DNA of 64,000 nt from Candidatus Bathyarchaeota archaeon (GTDB lineage: Archaea > Thermoproteota > Bathyarchaeia > Bathyarchaeales > Bathycorpusculaceae). Made by a program: the position numbers and the translations under genes. Location of the stretch: NCBI GenBank assembly GCA_963715865.1, contig OY970280.1, positions 1,536,001 to 1,600,000 on the forward strand, read 5' to 3'. A model generated the notes under the pieces. The model made no database searches. It had not been told where the DNA came from and saw only the letters and a program-made list of their open reading frames with translations. Shown in pieces: positions 18,976 to 27,962 of this stretch. How positions within the stretch are numbered: position 1 is the stretch's first letter; the number at the start of each line of letters is the position of its first letter.

Positions 18976-19802
18976 TTTTTAAGTCGACCTCTGCTTGCTA
19001 TTCTAACTGCGATATTCAGGCTTAATACTATAAGAATCAGAATTAAGGCTGCTCCCCAACCCTGAGCCTGCAAGCTAGCATAAGGCTGCAATGAGTCCCG
19101 CCAGATTTCAAGCGGTAAAGCAGCCATAGGCTGTGTTAAACCTTGGAAGAAGTACCTGTTACCTAAAATCGTCATAATTAATGGTGCGGTTTCGCCTGCG
19201 ATTCTGGCGACTGCAAGCAGTGTACCAGTTACCAAGCCGCTTTTAGCTGCTGGTAATACGACGCTAAGGGTAGTTCGCCACTTGTGAACCCCCAGAGCAA
19301 GTGAGGCTTCTCGTACATTATTCGGCACCAGCTTTAGGGATTCCTCTGTTGTTCGGGCAACTATGGGGATTAAGATGAAGGAAAGCGCGACTGCACCTGC
19401 AATCGCCGAGTACTCCCCAATAAGCGCGATAACTATTACGCCGTAAACTGTTATTCCAACAACTATTGACGGAAACTCGGTTAATATATCGTTGACTGTG
19501 CGCATGGTGGCTGCATACTTGTTGTTTCCAAATTCGGCAAGGTAAACACCCGATAGTATTCCTATGGGGATTCCAATGAGGCTTGTTAACCCAATCAGAA
19601 TCAACGTGCCCTGTATTGCTGGTCCAATGCCGCCGCCAGAGGTACTTTGAGTCAAGAAATTGAGGCTAATTTGCGGTGCCCCTCTCACAATTACCTCGTA
19701 TAGTATGCTTAGTAAAGGAGTGATCGCTATAACAACGCATGCAGCGCAGAGAATAAAGAAAAGTCGGTTCTTGAATTTCCTGAAGCCGTAATTGGAGATT
19801 AT
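18972..19802 (-). CDS. pstA: Phosphate ABC transporter permease; probable start at ATA 19802 (track start 19688 omits the first TM helix)
   Basis: [28 protein letters not shown]; frame open upstream to 19817 and encoding [27 protein letters not shown]. Confidence 0.9.
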   Translation of the reverse strand: MISNYGFRKFKNRLFFILCAACVVIAITPLLSILYEVIVRGAPQISLNFLTQSTSGGGIGPAIQGTLILIGLTSLIGIPIGILSGVYLAEFGNNKYAATMRTVNDILTEFPSIVVGITVYGVIVIALIGEYSAIAGAVALSFILIPIVARTTEESLKLVPNNVREASLALGVHKWRTTLSVVLPAAKSGLVTGTLLAVARIAGETAPLIMTILGNRYFFQGLTQPMAALPLEIWRDSLQPYASLQAQGWGAALILILIVLSLNIAVRIASRGRLKK

Positions 19803-20773
19803 TCGATTGCGCCTCCCTTAACCTTTAACAAGCGACTCACCATTACGTGCGCAACCACGTTAATCAGCAGACTGAGCAGGAGCAGGATTAATCCAACACC
19901 GATATAAGCTGCAACCTCTAACGAACCTGTAGCTTCGAGAAAACCGTTAGCGATAAGTGAAGCCATTGTTTGGCTGGGTTTAAAAAGTGATGTTGGTATG
20001 GCTGCTGGACCAGTAGCGTTTCCGATAAGCATTGAGACCGCCATTGTCTCTCCCACAGCCCGCCCCAAGCCGAGGATTACTGCTCCAAAAATGCCTGAGC
20101 GACCATAGCTTAAGATCCAGTATCGGATAACTTCCCATTTTGTTGCTCCAATGCTGTAAGCGCCCTCACGGATGGAGTTAGGAACCGCGCTTATGACTTC
20201 TTTTGAGATAGAAGCTACCGTGGGAATTATCATGATTGCTAAGATTGTTCCTGCGGTGAAAATATCTAAGCCGAAGGGTGTTCCGCTGAAAATCGGTATC
20301 CAGCCTAAATAGGTGGATATTGGTGTTTCAATGTAGTGAAGCATCCAGTAGCGGAAGATGAATAGTCCCCAGAGCCCGTAGATTACGCTTGGAACTGCTG
20401 CGAGTAACTCAACAAGGTAACCGACTGGCACTCTGAGCGCTCGGGGAGCCATTTCTACAAGAAAAATCGCTATACCCAAACTTAACGGAACACCTATGAG
20501 GAGTGCGATGCCTGAGGTAACAAGCGTTCCCATCACGTATGGGAGCGCACCAAAGAGTTCTCTACCTTCAACCGGATTCCAAGCTGTGCCAAAGAAAAAG
20601 TTTGAACCGAACCTTTGCAAGACGGGCACTGAACCAGTTGTTAAGGTGTATCCGGTAATGAGTAAGATGATCATTGCCGAAGCCGCAACAATAGCAGCAA
20701 TGGTTTTGAATAAGTTATCGCCTGTTAGTTTTATTTTACTGGAAAAAAACTTTTGGGGGTGGGGCTGGGTCAG
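19799..20773 (-). CDS. pstC: Phosphate ABC transporter permease; probable start at CTG 20773 (track start 20674 lies inside the first TM helix)
   Basis: ELLAAVPSVIYGLWG, LGLGRAVGETMAV; upstream in-frame GDNLFKTIAAIVAASA. Confidence 0.9.
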   Translation of the reverse strand: MTQPHPQKFFSSKIKLTGDNLFKTIAAIVAASAMIILLITGYTLTTGSVPVLQRFGSNFFFGTAWNPVEGRELFGALPYVMGTLVTSGIALLIGVPLSLGIAIFLVEMAPRALRVPVGYLVELLAAVPSVIYGLWGLFIFRYWMLHYIETPISTYLGWIPIFSGTPFGLDIFTAGTILAIMIIPTVASISKEVISAVPNSIREGAYSIGATKWEVIRYWILSYGRSGIFGAVILGLGRAVGETMAVSMLIGNATGPAAIPTSLFKPSQTMASLIANGFLEATGSLEVAAYIGVGLILLLLSLLINVVAHVMVSRLLKVKGGAIE

Positions 20774-20785
20774 AGCTAATCCACC

Positions 20786-21910
20786 TTAAGTTGTTGGTAG
20801 TTGTTGTCCGTTGAATGTTAATGAGCGAATAGTTGCTTCGTCTATTTGCACAACGTTTGATGGCAACTTTGCGTAAGCAAGCCTTGGCGCCAAGTCTTGA
20901 CCATCATGCACTACGTACCAGAGGAACTGGACAAGTGCTGTTGCCCGCTCCTGAGTCATTCCAGGAATTACGTTAAGCTCCTTATATGTTAGCAAGTAGG
21001 TGAAGCTTGCAATTGGGTACGCGTTTGCATCTGGAGCATTAAGAAGGCTAACGCTTGTCCAACTTTCGTTGCCTGCTGGCAAGCCACTTGCAGCGCCAGA
21101 TTGGACAGCTAGTTGTGTTGATTCTAAAGTTGGTTGTATCCAGTTTCCAGCAGGGTTCTGAACTGCCGCAACAGTCATACCGTTCTGCAGTGCATAAGCT
21201 AGTTCAACGTATCCTATGGCGTACTGTGTTCCATTTACCGTTGAAGCAACACCTGTGTTGCCGTTTGAACCAATGGCTCCACCGGGCGCATTAGGCCAAG
21301 CAACTGTTTTGCCCTGTCCAACTGAACTATTCCATGAACTGCTGGATGCGCTTAAGTAGCCAGTGAAGATGAAGGTTGTTCCTGAACCGTCCGAACGGTG
21401 AACTGTTACTATAGCTTTTGACGGAAGAGTCACATTAGTGTTTAAGCTTTGAATTGCTGGGTCGTTCCACATTGTTACTGTTCCCTGGAAAATGTCGGCG
21501 ATGACTTTACCTGTTAAATGAAGACCCGAGGGAACGCCAAGCAAGTTATAGGCTAATGTCACGGCGCCAATAGTTTCTGGGATATGAAGGGCACTTGGAG
21601 CCTTAGCCGCATCAGAAGCGCTTAATGGAGCATCTGAGGCAGCAAAATCAACTGTTTTGGTTTGCAAGTCAGAGATTCCGCCGCCGCTACCGATTGATTG
21701 ATAGTTTATTTGTACGCTAGGTTTCACATTTGTTGAGTATTTTGTGATGATGCTGTTTAAAAGTGGATAGGGGAATGTCGCTCCCGCACCATTCAAAGTG
21801 ATCGATGGGGCAGATGCGCTTGGTTGCGAAAGGTAAACGTACGCTGCTACTGAACCTATTATTATGGCGATTGCAACTATTGCAATTACGACTGCATATT
21901 TAGTATTCAT
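20786..21910 (-). CDS. pstS: Phosphate-binding protein PstS (copy 1), N-terminal membrane anchor
   Basis: GAGATFPYP, YQSIGSGGG, DFAASDAPL, HRSDGSGTT, YPIASFTY. Confidence 0.95.
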   Translation of the reverse strand: MNTKYAVVIAIVAIAIIIGSVAAYVYLSQPSASAPSITLNGAGATFPYPLLNSIITKYSTNVKPSVQINYQSIGSGGGISDLQTKTVDFAASDAPLSASDAAKAPSALHIPETIGAVTLAYNLLGVPSGLHLTGKVIADIFQGTVTMWNDPAIQSLNTNVTLPSKAIVTVHRSDGSGTTFIFTGYLSASSSSWNSSVGQGKTVAWPNAPGGAIGSNGNTGVASTVNGTQYAIGYVELAYALQNGMTVAAVQNPAGNWIQPTLESTQLAVQSGAASGLPAGNESWTSVSLLNAPDANAYPIASFTYLLTYKELNVIPGMTQERATALVQFLWYVVHDGQDLAPRLAYAKLPSNVVQIDEATIRSLTFNGQQLPTT

Positions 21911-22006
21911 ATTTTTGGTCCTCGTTTTTGTTTAACTAAGAAGTTCATGTTTTTTATATAGTGAATCTCCATAAAATTTATAGTCTATATAGATATACCT
22001 AATATA

Positions 22007-23092
22007 ATGACGCCTCATAGAAAAAGTAACTTGGAGTCAAATGTGACTAAAGAAGCAGAAAAAATAAATGAAGAGCAACGCAAACTTCAGGTGACAGGCG
22101 GATCAACATTCATACTCTCGTTGCCTAAGGATTGGGCTATTCGAAATGAGCTTAAGAAAGGAAACTCAATGGTGGTCCGTGAGGAAGACGATGGCTCACT
22201 ATCAATAGCGCCTTCAAAGTTTGTAAAAAAAGAGAAGCAAGATGAAGCCTTCATCAAAGCATCCTTAAACGATAATCCTGATGCCGTCATGAGGACAGCA
22301 ATTTCCGCCTATTTAGATGGGTACAACATTCTGCATATTAGAGCGCAAGGACAAAAAGTGCTCTCCTCAAAACTTCGAAACCACCTCAAAACTTTTGCCA
22401 GACACTACTTGGTTGGAACAGAAATCGTAATTGACACCCCAACAGATTTAACACTACAAGTTTTACTTAATTATCCTGAGCTTACTGTTCAGAATGCGCT
22501 AAGTCGAATGTCGATAATAGCTTCGTCTATGCATAAAGAAGCTATAGTTGCACTACAGAAACTGGATTATCCCAGTGCTAAAGCGGTTATTGAAACCGAC
22601 CGGGAAGTAAACCGATTTGGCCTGTACATAGTGAGGCTTCTGAAGCTGGCGGTTTCAAACCCAAGAATCGTCAAAGAAATCGGATTAAACAGCCAAAAAG
22701 ACTGCTTAGGTTACAGACTTATAGGGAAAGCGGTTGAGAGAACCGCAGATCACGCAACCAAAATCGCCGAAAACACGCTACTCTTAAAAGAACCAGTCAA
22801 TGAAGAGCTTTTAGAAAAGATAGGTCAGTTAAGCGGTTTGGCTAATTCAATGTTTGAGAGTGCTATGGACGCGTTGTTTAGGCATGACTTTAACTTGGCT
22901 GAAAGTGTTATTGAAAAGCTGAGTCAGGTACATAAGCTGGAGAAAGAAGCTGTTCTTTTTTCGCAAAACGCTAAGATCGAAGAAATCGTTAACTTAAGAT
23001 TGCTTATCGAAAGTGTCAGGAGAACAGCAGAATACGCCAGCGACATTTCCGAAGTTGTGCTTAACTTAAACGTTGATTCAGTTCTAAGCTAG
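22007..23092 (+). CDS. Archaeal phosphate uptake regulator: AbrB-type DNA-binding domain plus tandem PhoU domains
   Basis: RKLQVTGGSTFILSLPKDW; ERTADHATKI and ESVRRTAEYASDI PhoU-like repeats; divergent from pstS. Confidence 0.88.
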   Translation: MTPHRKSNLESNVTKEAEKINEEQRKLQVTGGSTFILSLPKDWAIRNELKKGNSMVVREEDDGSLSIAPSKFVKKEKQDEAFIKASLNDNPDAVMRTAISAYLDGYNILHIRAQGQKVLSSKLRNHLKTFARHYLVGTEIVIDTPTDLTLQVLLNYPELTVQNALSRMSIIASSMHKEAIVALQKLDYPSAKAVIETDREVNRFGLYIVRLLKLAVSNPRIVKEIGLNSQKDCLGYRLIGKAVERTADHATKIAENTLLLKEPVNEELLEKIGQLSGLANSMFESAMDALFRHDFNLAESVIEKLSQVHKLEKEAVLFSQNAKIEEIVNLRLLIESVRRTAEYASDISEVVLNLNVDSVLS

Positions 23093-23192
23093 TTTTTTTT
23101 AATCTATTTCCTATCTTTTTACTTGACGATTGGTTAAGAATGATGTATTTTTTTAATTTAAATTAAAAATAAAAAGTTGGGGTTGGGTTATT

Positions 23193-24446
23193 TTAGATTG
23201 TGGGTAATGTTTGCCCATTGAAGGTTATCGACTTAATGGTTGTTTCGTCTATTTGGACAACGTTTGGTGGCAGTTGAGCATAGGCTAATCCAGGTGACAA
23301 GTTTTGACCGTCATGCACTACGTACCAGAGGAATTGCACGAGTGCTGTTGCTTTGTCTTGAGTCATGTCGGGTAACACGTTCAGTTCTTTGTACACCAGC
23401 AAGTAGGTGAAACTTACAATTGGATACGCGTTTGGTTCTGGCGCATTAAGTATGTTTACGCTTGTCCAGCTAGCGTTGCCTGCCGGTAGACCTGCTGAAG
23501 CTATTGATTGAGCCGCTACTGTTGTTGATGCGAGTGATGGTAAGATCCAGTTTCCAGTTGGATTCTGAACTGCTGCAACAGTCATGCTATTTTGCAATGC
23601 ATAAGCTAATTCAACATAGCCGATAGCATATGGTTGTCCTTGAACCACCGAAGCAACACCTGTGTTGCCGTTAGAACCGATTCCTACTGGCCATGAGACT
23701 GATTTGCCTTGTCCAATTGAACTGTTCCATGCTGTGCTTGATGCGCTAAGGTAGCCGGTGAAGATAAAGGTGGTTCCTGAGCTGTCTGAGCGGTGGACTA
23801 CTAGTATGGATTTTGCTGGAAGTGTAACATTAGTGTTTAGGCTTTGGATTTCCTGGTCGTTCCACATTGTTACTGTTCCCTGGAAAATGTCTGCAATAAC
23901 TTTGCCAGTTAAGTGAATGCCTGTTTGTACGCCGGGTAAGTTGTAGGCTATTGTTACTGCGCCGATGGTTTCTGGAATGTGCAATGCGTTAGGTACGTTA
24001 GCCTGGTCGGTGGCGCTTAATGGTGCATCTGAGGCTCCGAAATCTACCGTTTTTGCTTGCATTGCTGAGATTCCGCCGCCGCTGCCTATTGATTGGTAGT
24101 TTACTTGTACGTTAGGTTTCACAGATGTTGAGTACTGGGTTATCATTGCGTTAAGCAGTGGATAGGGGAACGTTGCTCCTGCACCGGTCAATGATACTGG
24201 TGATGAAGTTGGCGTTGGACTGGGTGTCGCTGTTGGGGTTGGAGTTGGGGATGCTGTCGAAGTAGGAGTACTGGTTGGTGAGGATGTTGGTGTTGCAGTT
24301 GGATTAGGGTTTGTTGATGCGGTGGGAGTTGGAGTTGGTGTGGGCTGTTGTACTGAACTTGAATTTACTATGTACATGTAGCTGAACACTGCTGCGATAA
24401 CTATTACGATTGTCGCTATGCTTAGGATTGTATATGTTTTATTCGT
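23193..24446 (-). CDS. pstS: Phosphate-binding protein PstS (copy 2) with a Pro/Thr-rich stalk; probable ACG start at 24446
   Basis: Same PstS motifs as copy 1; PTPTPTAST...PTPTATPSPTPT linker after the TM anchor. Confidence 0.92.
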   Translation of the reverse strand, partial: TNKTYTILSIATIVIVIAAVFSYMYIVNSSSVQQPTPTPTPTASTNPNPTATPTSSPTSTPTSTASPTPTPTATPSPTPTSSPVSLTGAGATFPYPLLNAMITQYSTSVKPNVQVNYQSIGSGGGISAMQAKTVDFGASDAPLSATDQANVPNALHIPETIGAVTIAYNLPGVQTGIHLTGKVIADIFQGTVTMWNDQEIQSLNTNVTLPAKSILVVHRSDSSGTTFIFTGYLSASSTAWNSSIGQGKSVSWPVGIGSNGNTGVASVVQGQPYAIGYVELAYALQNSMTVAAVQNPTGNWILPSLASTTVAAQSIASAGLPAGNASWTSVNILNAPEPNAYPIVSFTYLLVYKELNVLPDMTQDKATALVQFLWYVVHDGQNLSPGLAYAQLPPNVVQIDETTIKSITFNGQTLPTI

Positions 24447-24676
24447 TTTTTTTCCCTCGTTTTGGGGTTTATAGATAAACAGGGTAATATATTCGCCCGA
24501 CATAGAATACAAACTGACTCATAGAGAATATAGAATATATAGAAAAATGCGCGTATATGAATCATAATAAGCATAAACAGCGAGCTATTGTTAAATTTAA
24601 AAATAGCTATGTTAAATTATTTTCCCGCTTCTCTCTGGCCTATTGAGGGGGCCGAAGCAAGTTAAGGCTGTCTAAA

Positions 24677-24850
24677 TCAATGAAAAGCTTCTAAGAAACA
24701 GATTACATCGGGGCTTTGATTTATACTGTAATTGTCAATAAGGTGAGCTGTTCCGTCTGGGCAGTAGACTTTGTCATCTTTCATGGCTTTCCGATAGCGT
24801 CTGCTGCATTCCTTAAGCATGGAGCAGCCATCGCAATCTCTTGAGAGCAT
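24677..24850 (-). CDS. Small Cys-rich protein (57 aa)
   Basis: MLSRDCDGCSMLKECSRRYRKAMKDDKVYCPDGTAHLID...; good SD (GAGGTGA) before ATG 24850. Confidence 0.65.
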   Translation of the reverse strand: MLSRDCDGCSMLKECSRRYRKAMKDDKVYCPDGTAHLIDNYSINQSPDVICFLEAFH

Positions 24851-25020
24851 TCTTTTTTCACCTCTCCACATATTCAAGGTAGAAAGTAATAAGAGGCTCC
24901 TATAGAGATTCTCATCATAATCTATATAGAAATCATAGAAATGGCAAGATTAACTCTTCAAATTTATGAGAAACGTTTAAGAAATAAGGAATCACCATTC
25001 AAGGGCAAGAGACACGGTTC

Positions 25021-25676
25021 ATGAACGAAAACGGATTCAAAGTGAAAGGCATTTTCTTGGACTTAGACGGCACAATAGTTGACTCCAAAGAAGCCTATAT
25101 AGAAGCAGCAAGAATAGCATTTCAATCTGTTGGGCAAAAACCGCCAGAAAGGAAGACTGCCTTGGAAATTCCGAGAAGGCTCGAACAAGGTCTCACAATC
25201 AGCGACATCATGAATGGCGATACCAAAAAGTTCCTAGTCGTGTACTTGAAAACTTACTATTCAATAACACAAGAAAAAACCAAGCTTTTACCTAACGTTT
25301 CAGAAACACTTGAAATCCTCTCGGAAAAAGCTAAACTCGCCCTGATACCATGCGCCAAGTCTCAAAACAAGCCATCATAAAAGAGCTAGATTGCTTCGGC
25401 ATATCAAAATATTTCACGCATGTTGTGACTGCTCTGGATACGTCTAAACCTAAGCCTTCGCCTGAAGCATTAATAAAATGTGTTAAAGCCCTAGATGTTG
25501 AAATATGCGACTGCATCATTGCGGGAGACTCTGTTAATGATGTGCGGGCGGGAAAGGCAGCGGGCGCGAGAACGGTAGCGGTTTTATCTGGGCTGTTTCA
25601 ATGTGAAGAACTTGTCAAGGAATGCCCTGATTTGATTTTACACGATGTAACTGCACTTCCCAAGTTTATCGAGTAA
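25021..25676 (+). pseudogene. HAD-family hydrolase split by a 1-nt frameshift near 25347
   Basis: Motif I DLDGT in ORF 25021-25380; motifs III/IV (KPKPSP, GDSVND) in ORF 25350-25676; junction CTG ATA CC ATG CGC would read L-I-T-M-R with one extra A. Confidence 0.85.
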
Positions 25677-25805
25677 TGCTCTGGGATGTATCGGAATTTG
25701 ATATATTGCTAGAAATCGACTTATGCAGTTATATGTCCGCGTGAAAATAAAGTTTAATTAAAACCTTTATCTTTAATCAATAATGGAGAGGGCTTCAGAG
25801 CGGGA

Positions 25806-26426
25806 ATGAGAATGAACTTCGTAGAAATAATGGTAGGGGAGAAATTGAAGGAGGCGGATCCAGCCCTTGATATTATGGGGTCAGACCGCAAAGTTTTGCA
25901 GGTTGCTTGCCAAGACTTCACTAATTACCTTAAATTTCACTGGAATCTTATTGGAAAAGAAGCAAGCCAATGCGAACTAGTTGAAAGACTAGAGAATCTT
26001 TTCAGGGAAGATCCATCTGAGCTAGACGGATTTTTAACCGTTTGGATCGGCATTTGGTTCAAGAAATGGAAAGAACGGGTCAAACTGCTCATAGGCGACC
26101 AAAACGCTAGCAGATGGAATAAAATTTCAAAAACCATCAGCAACGCTGAACCGGTATGGAAGAGAATTGAGAACAAGCAAGAACTCCTAGAGATTGTAGT
26201 GGCTACTCTGGTTAAGAACGGAGAGATATGTGGAACAGAAATCTTGTCTGAAAATCTTCTAAAAATGGAACTTGGAGAAAAACGCGTGCAAGAGCCCAGC
26301 GACAAAGAAAGAATTTTCACTGCAGTTAATGACGCATTGAGGAAAGCTCGTGAGATGGCTCAAAGTAAAGGTCCACTAATCTTTGTTAAGATAGATAAGG
26401 GCTATTACAATACAACAAGCGAATAA
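25806..26426 (+). CDS. Hypothetical all-helical protein
   Basis: 206-aa ORF with SD and ATG; no motif recognised. Confidence 0.7.
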   Translation: MRMNFVEIMVGEKLKEADPALDIMGSDRKVLQVACQDFTNYLKFHWNLIGKEASQCELVERLENLFREDPSELDGFLTVWIGIWFKKWKERVKLLIGDQNASRWNKISKTISNAEPVWKRIENKQELLEIVVATLVKNGEICGTEILSENLLKMELGEKRVQEPSDKERIFTAVNDALRKAREMAQSKGPLIFVKIDKGYYNTTSE

Positions 26427-26544
26427 AAACGGACTAAGCCCTCTCACTATTTTTGTTTTTTAGTGAAATAAACTGCAAGGCTAAAAACAAGAAATCTCAA
26501 AATAGATTATTTTTAAAAGAATGAGTTGTTTGAAATTAGGGAGT

Positions 26545-26733
26545 TTAGACGACTCGGACTCTTTGAAGAGTCTTCCTCATCCAGGTATAGTGCCTCATGG
26601 TCTTGGTTTCTCCGTAACCGCAAGCTGCACAACGCTTGTCACGCACGTGATATGCGCGTCTTCCACAGCGCCTGCATTTTATGTGAACAGTTTTGCCCTG
26701 GCGCTTGCCCATTGATGGTGTTCCTTTTCCCAC
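26545..26733 (-). CDS. rpl37e: 50S ribosomal protein L37e
   Basis: GKGTPSMGKR, HIKCRRCGRRAYH, CAACGYG; follows the Sm gene, the conserved archaeal arrangement. Confidence 0.95.
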   Translation of the reverse strand: MGKGTPSMGKRQGKTVHIKCRRCGRRAYHVRDKRCAACGYGETKTMRHYTWMRKTLQRVRVV

Positions 26734-26738
26734 GGCGG

Positions 26739-26966
26739 TCACCTGGGCGGAGGTGAAATAAGGACTACGTTGTCTCCACGGACGATTATTAATCCAAGGC
26801 TCTTTTGGTTTTCAACTTGTGTTGTGTCTTCTGTTTCTTCTAGAACTAGGTTTAGGTGTTGGTCGAAACCCTTCAGTTTTCCTCTGAGGCTTTTTCCGCC
26901 TTTCAGTCGTACAAGTACGACTTTGCCGAGGTTTTGTTCAAGGATTTCGGTTGTCATTTCGCTCAT
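26739..26966 (-). CDS. Sm-like archaeal protein (Lsm)
   Basis: GKLKGFDQHLNLVL (Sm1), IIVRGDNVVLISP (Sm2). Confidence 0.95.
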   Translation of the reverse strand: MSEMTTEILEQNLGKVVLVRLKGGKSLRGKLKGFDQHLNLVLEETEDTTQVENQKSLGLIIVRGDNVVLISPPPR

Positions 26967-27150
26967 TCTGGAACCCTCATGTATCTTTATCTCTTTCTAT
27001 ACTTTAACTCTCCACATTTAAACCTATCTAAGCATGAGTTGGGATTCTCTTTGCTGGCTTAGGTTAAGTTAACTTTGTGCCTGCAAGCAACTTTTGTTAA
27101 GAGTTAATTTAGGTGTGTATGGTTAGCTGGCTTTGACTACGACGTTTGTG

Positions 27151-27232
27151 TGTGCGCTCAGCCTACCCCTCCGGTCTACTATATGCTCCAAATATGATCC
27201 TAATAGGCTTGAGCCCTTGGGAGTATGGCAGT
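27151..27232 (-). ncRNA. Candidate small structured RNA (hairpin followed by ACA)
   Basis: Stem GCTCAAGCCTA (27214-27204) / TAGGCTGAGC (27165-27156); ACA 2 nt after the stem; TTATAA at 27257-27262 about 25 nt upstream; intergenic. Confidence 0.3.
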
Positions 27233-27308
27233 ATTGCAGTCTTGGTTTGCTTGTGCTTATAAGAGTGTGCTTGGATTATTTTTTTAGGGGAAATTTGGGT
27301 AGCAGGAT

Positions 27309-27911
27309 ATGACGCCAATCATTGAGTTTCTAATTACTTTCCTGTTCGCTTTTGGGTTAAACTTGATACCCTTCTTTGGCCCCTCAAACCTCTTAATAGC
27401 TTCCACAGCAGCAATCGGCATGGCAAACGCTGACGCAACTGCACTAGTCACAATAGGTTTTCTTATTGCCCTTGCCGCAGCATTAGCAAAAGGCATTCAC
27501 TACATGATTACTTTCTTTGTGAGCGGACACCTTAGTGAAAAAAGTCGCCAGCGGCTTGATACTGAGGCTGGAAAGGTTAAACGTTGGGCTTTTCTGCTGC
27601 TGTATTTAGCTGCGGCGACGCCTATTCCTGATGAACCCGTGGTTATTCCGCTGGGGCTTATGAAGTATAGTCCAGCAAAGTTTTTCTTATCTTACTTTCT
27701 AGGTAAAATTACTATCACGATTGCAGGCGCCTTTCTAGGCAGCTGGGTTGAAGCTAATTTTGCCTCTTGGTTGAGTCCAGAAGCAATGATTGCTATCTCC
27801 ATAGCCTTAACTGTTATTATCACTGTTATACTGTTTAAAGTAGATGTGGGCAAGCAAATAGATAAAATCCTAAAAAGATTGAAGCCATACAAAAAAGCAA
27901 CAAGTGATTAG
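27309..27911 (+). CDS. DedA/VTT-like membrane protein
   Basis: NLIPFFGPSNL, ATPIPDEPVVIPLGLMKY, FFLSYFLGK. Confidence 0.75.
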   Translation: MTPIIEFLITFLFAFGLNLIPFFGPSNLLIASTAAIGMANADATALVTIGFLIALAAALAKGIHYMITFFVSGHLSEKSRQRLDTEAGKVKRWAFLLLYLAAATPIPDEPVVIPLGLMKYSPAKFFLSYFLGKITITIAGAFLGSWVEANFASWLSPEAMIAISIALTVIITVILFKVDVGKQIDKILKRLKPYKKATSD

Positions 27912-27962
27912 AGAGCAAAGTTAAATTTCACGCTTACAAACATACGAGAGAGAAAAAACCAT

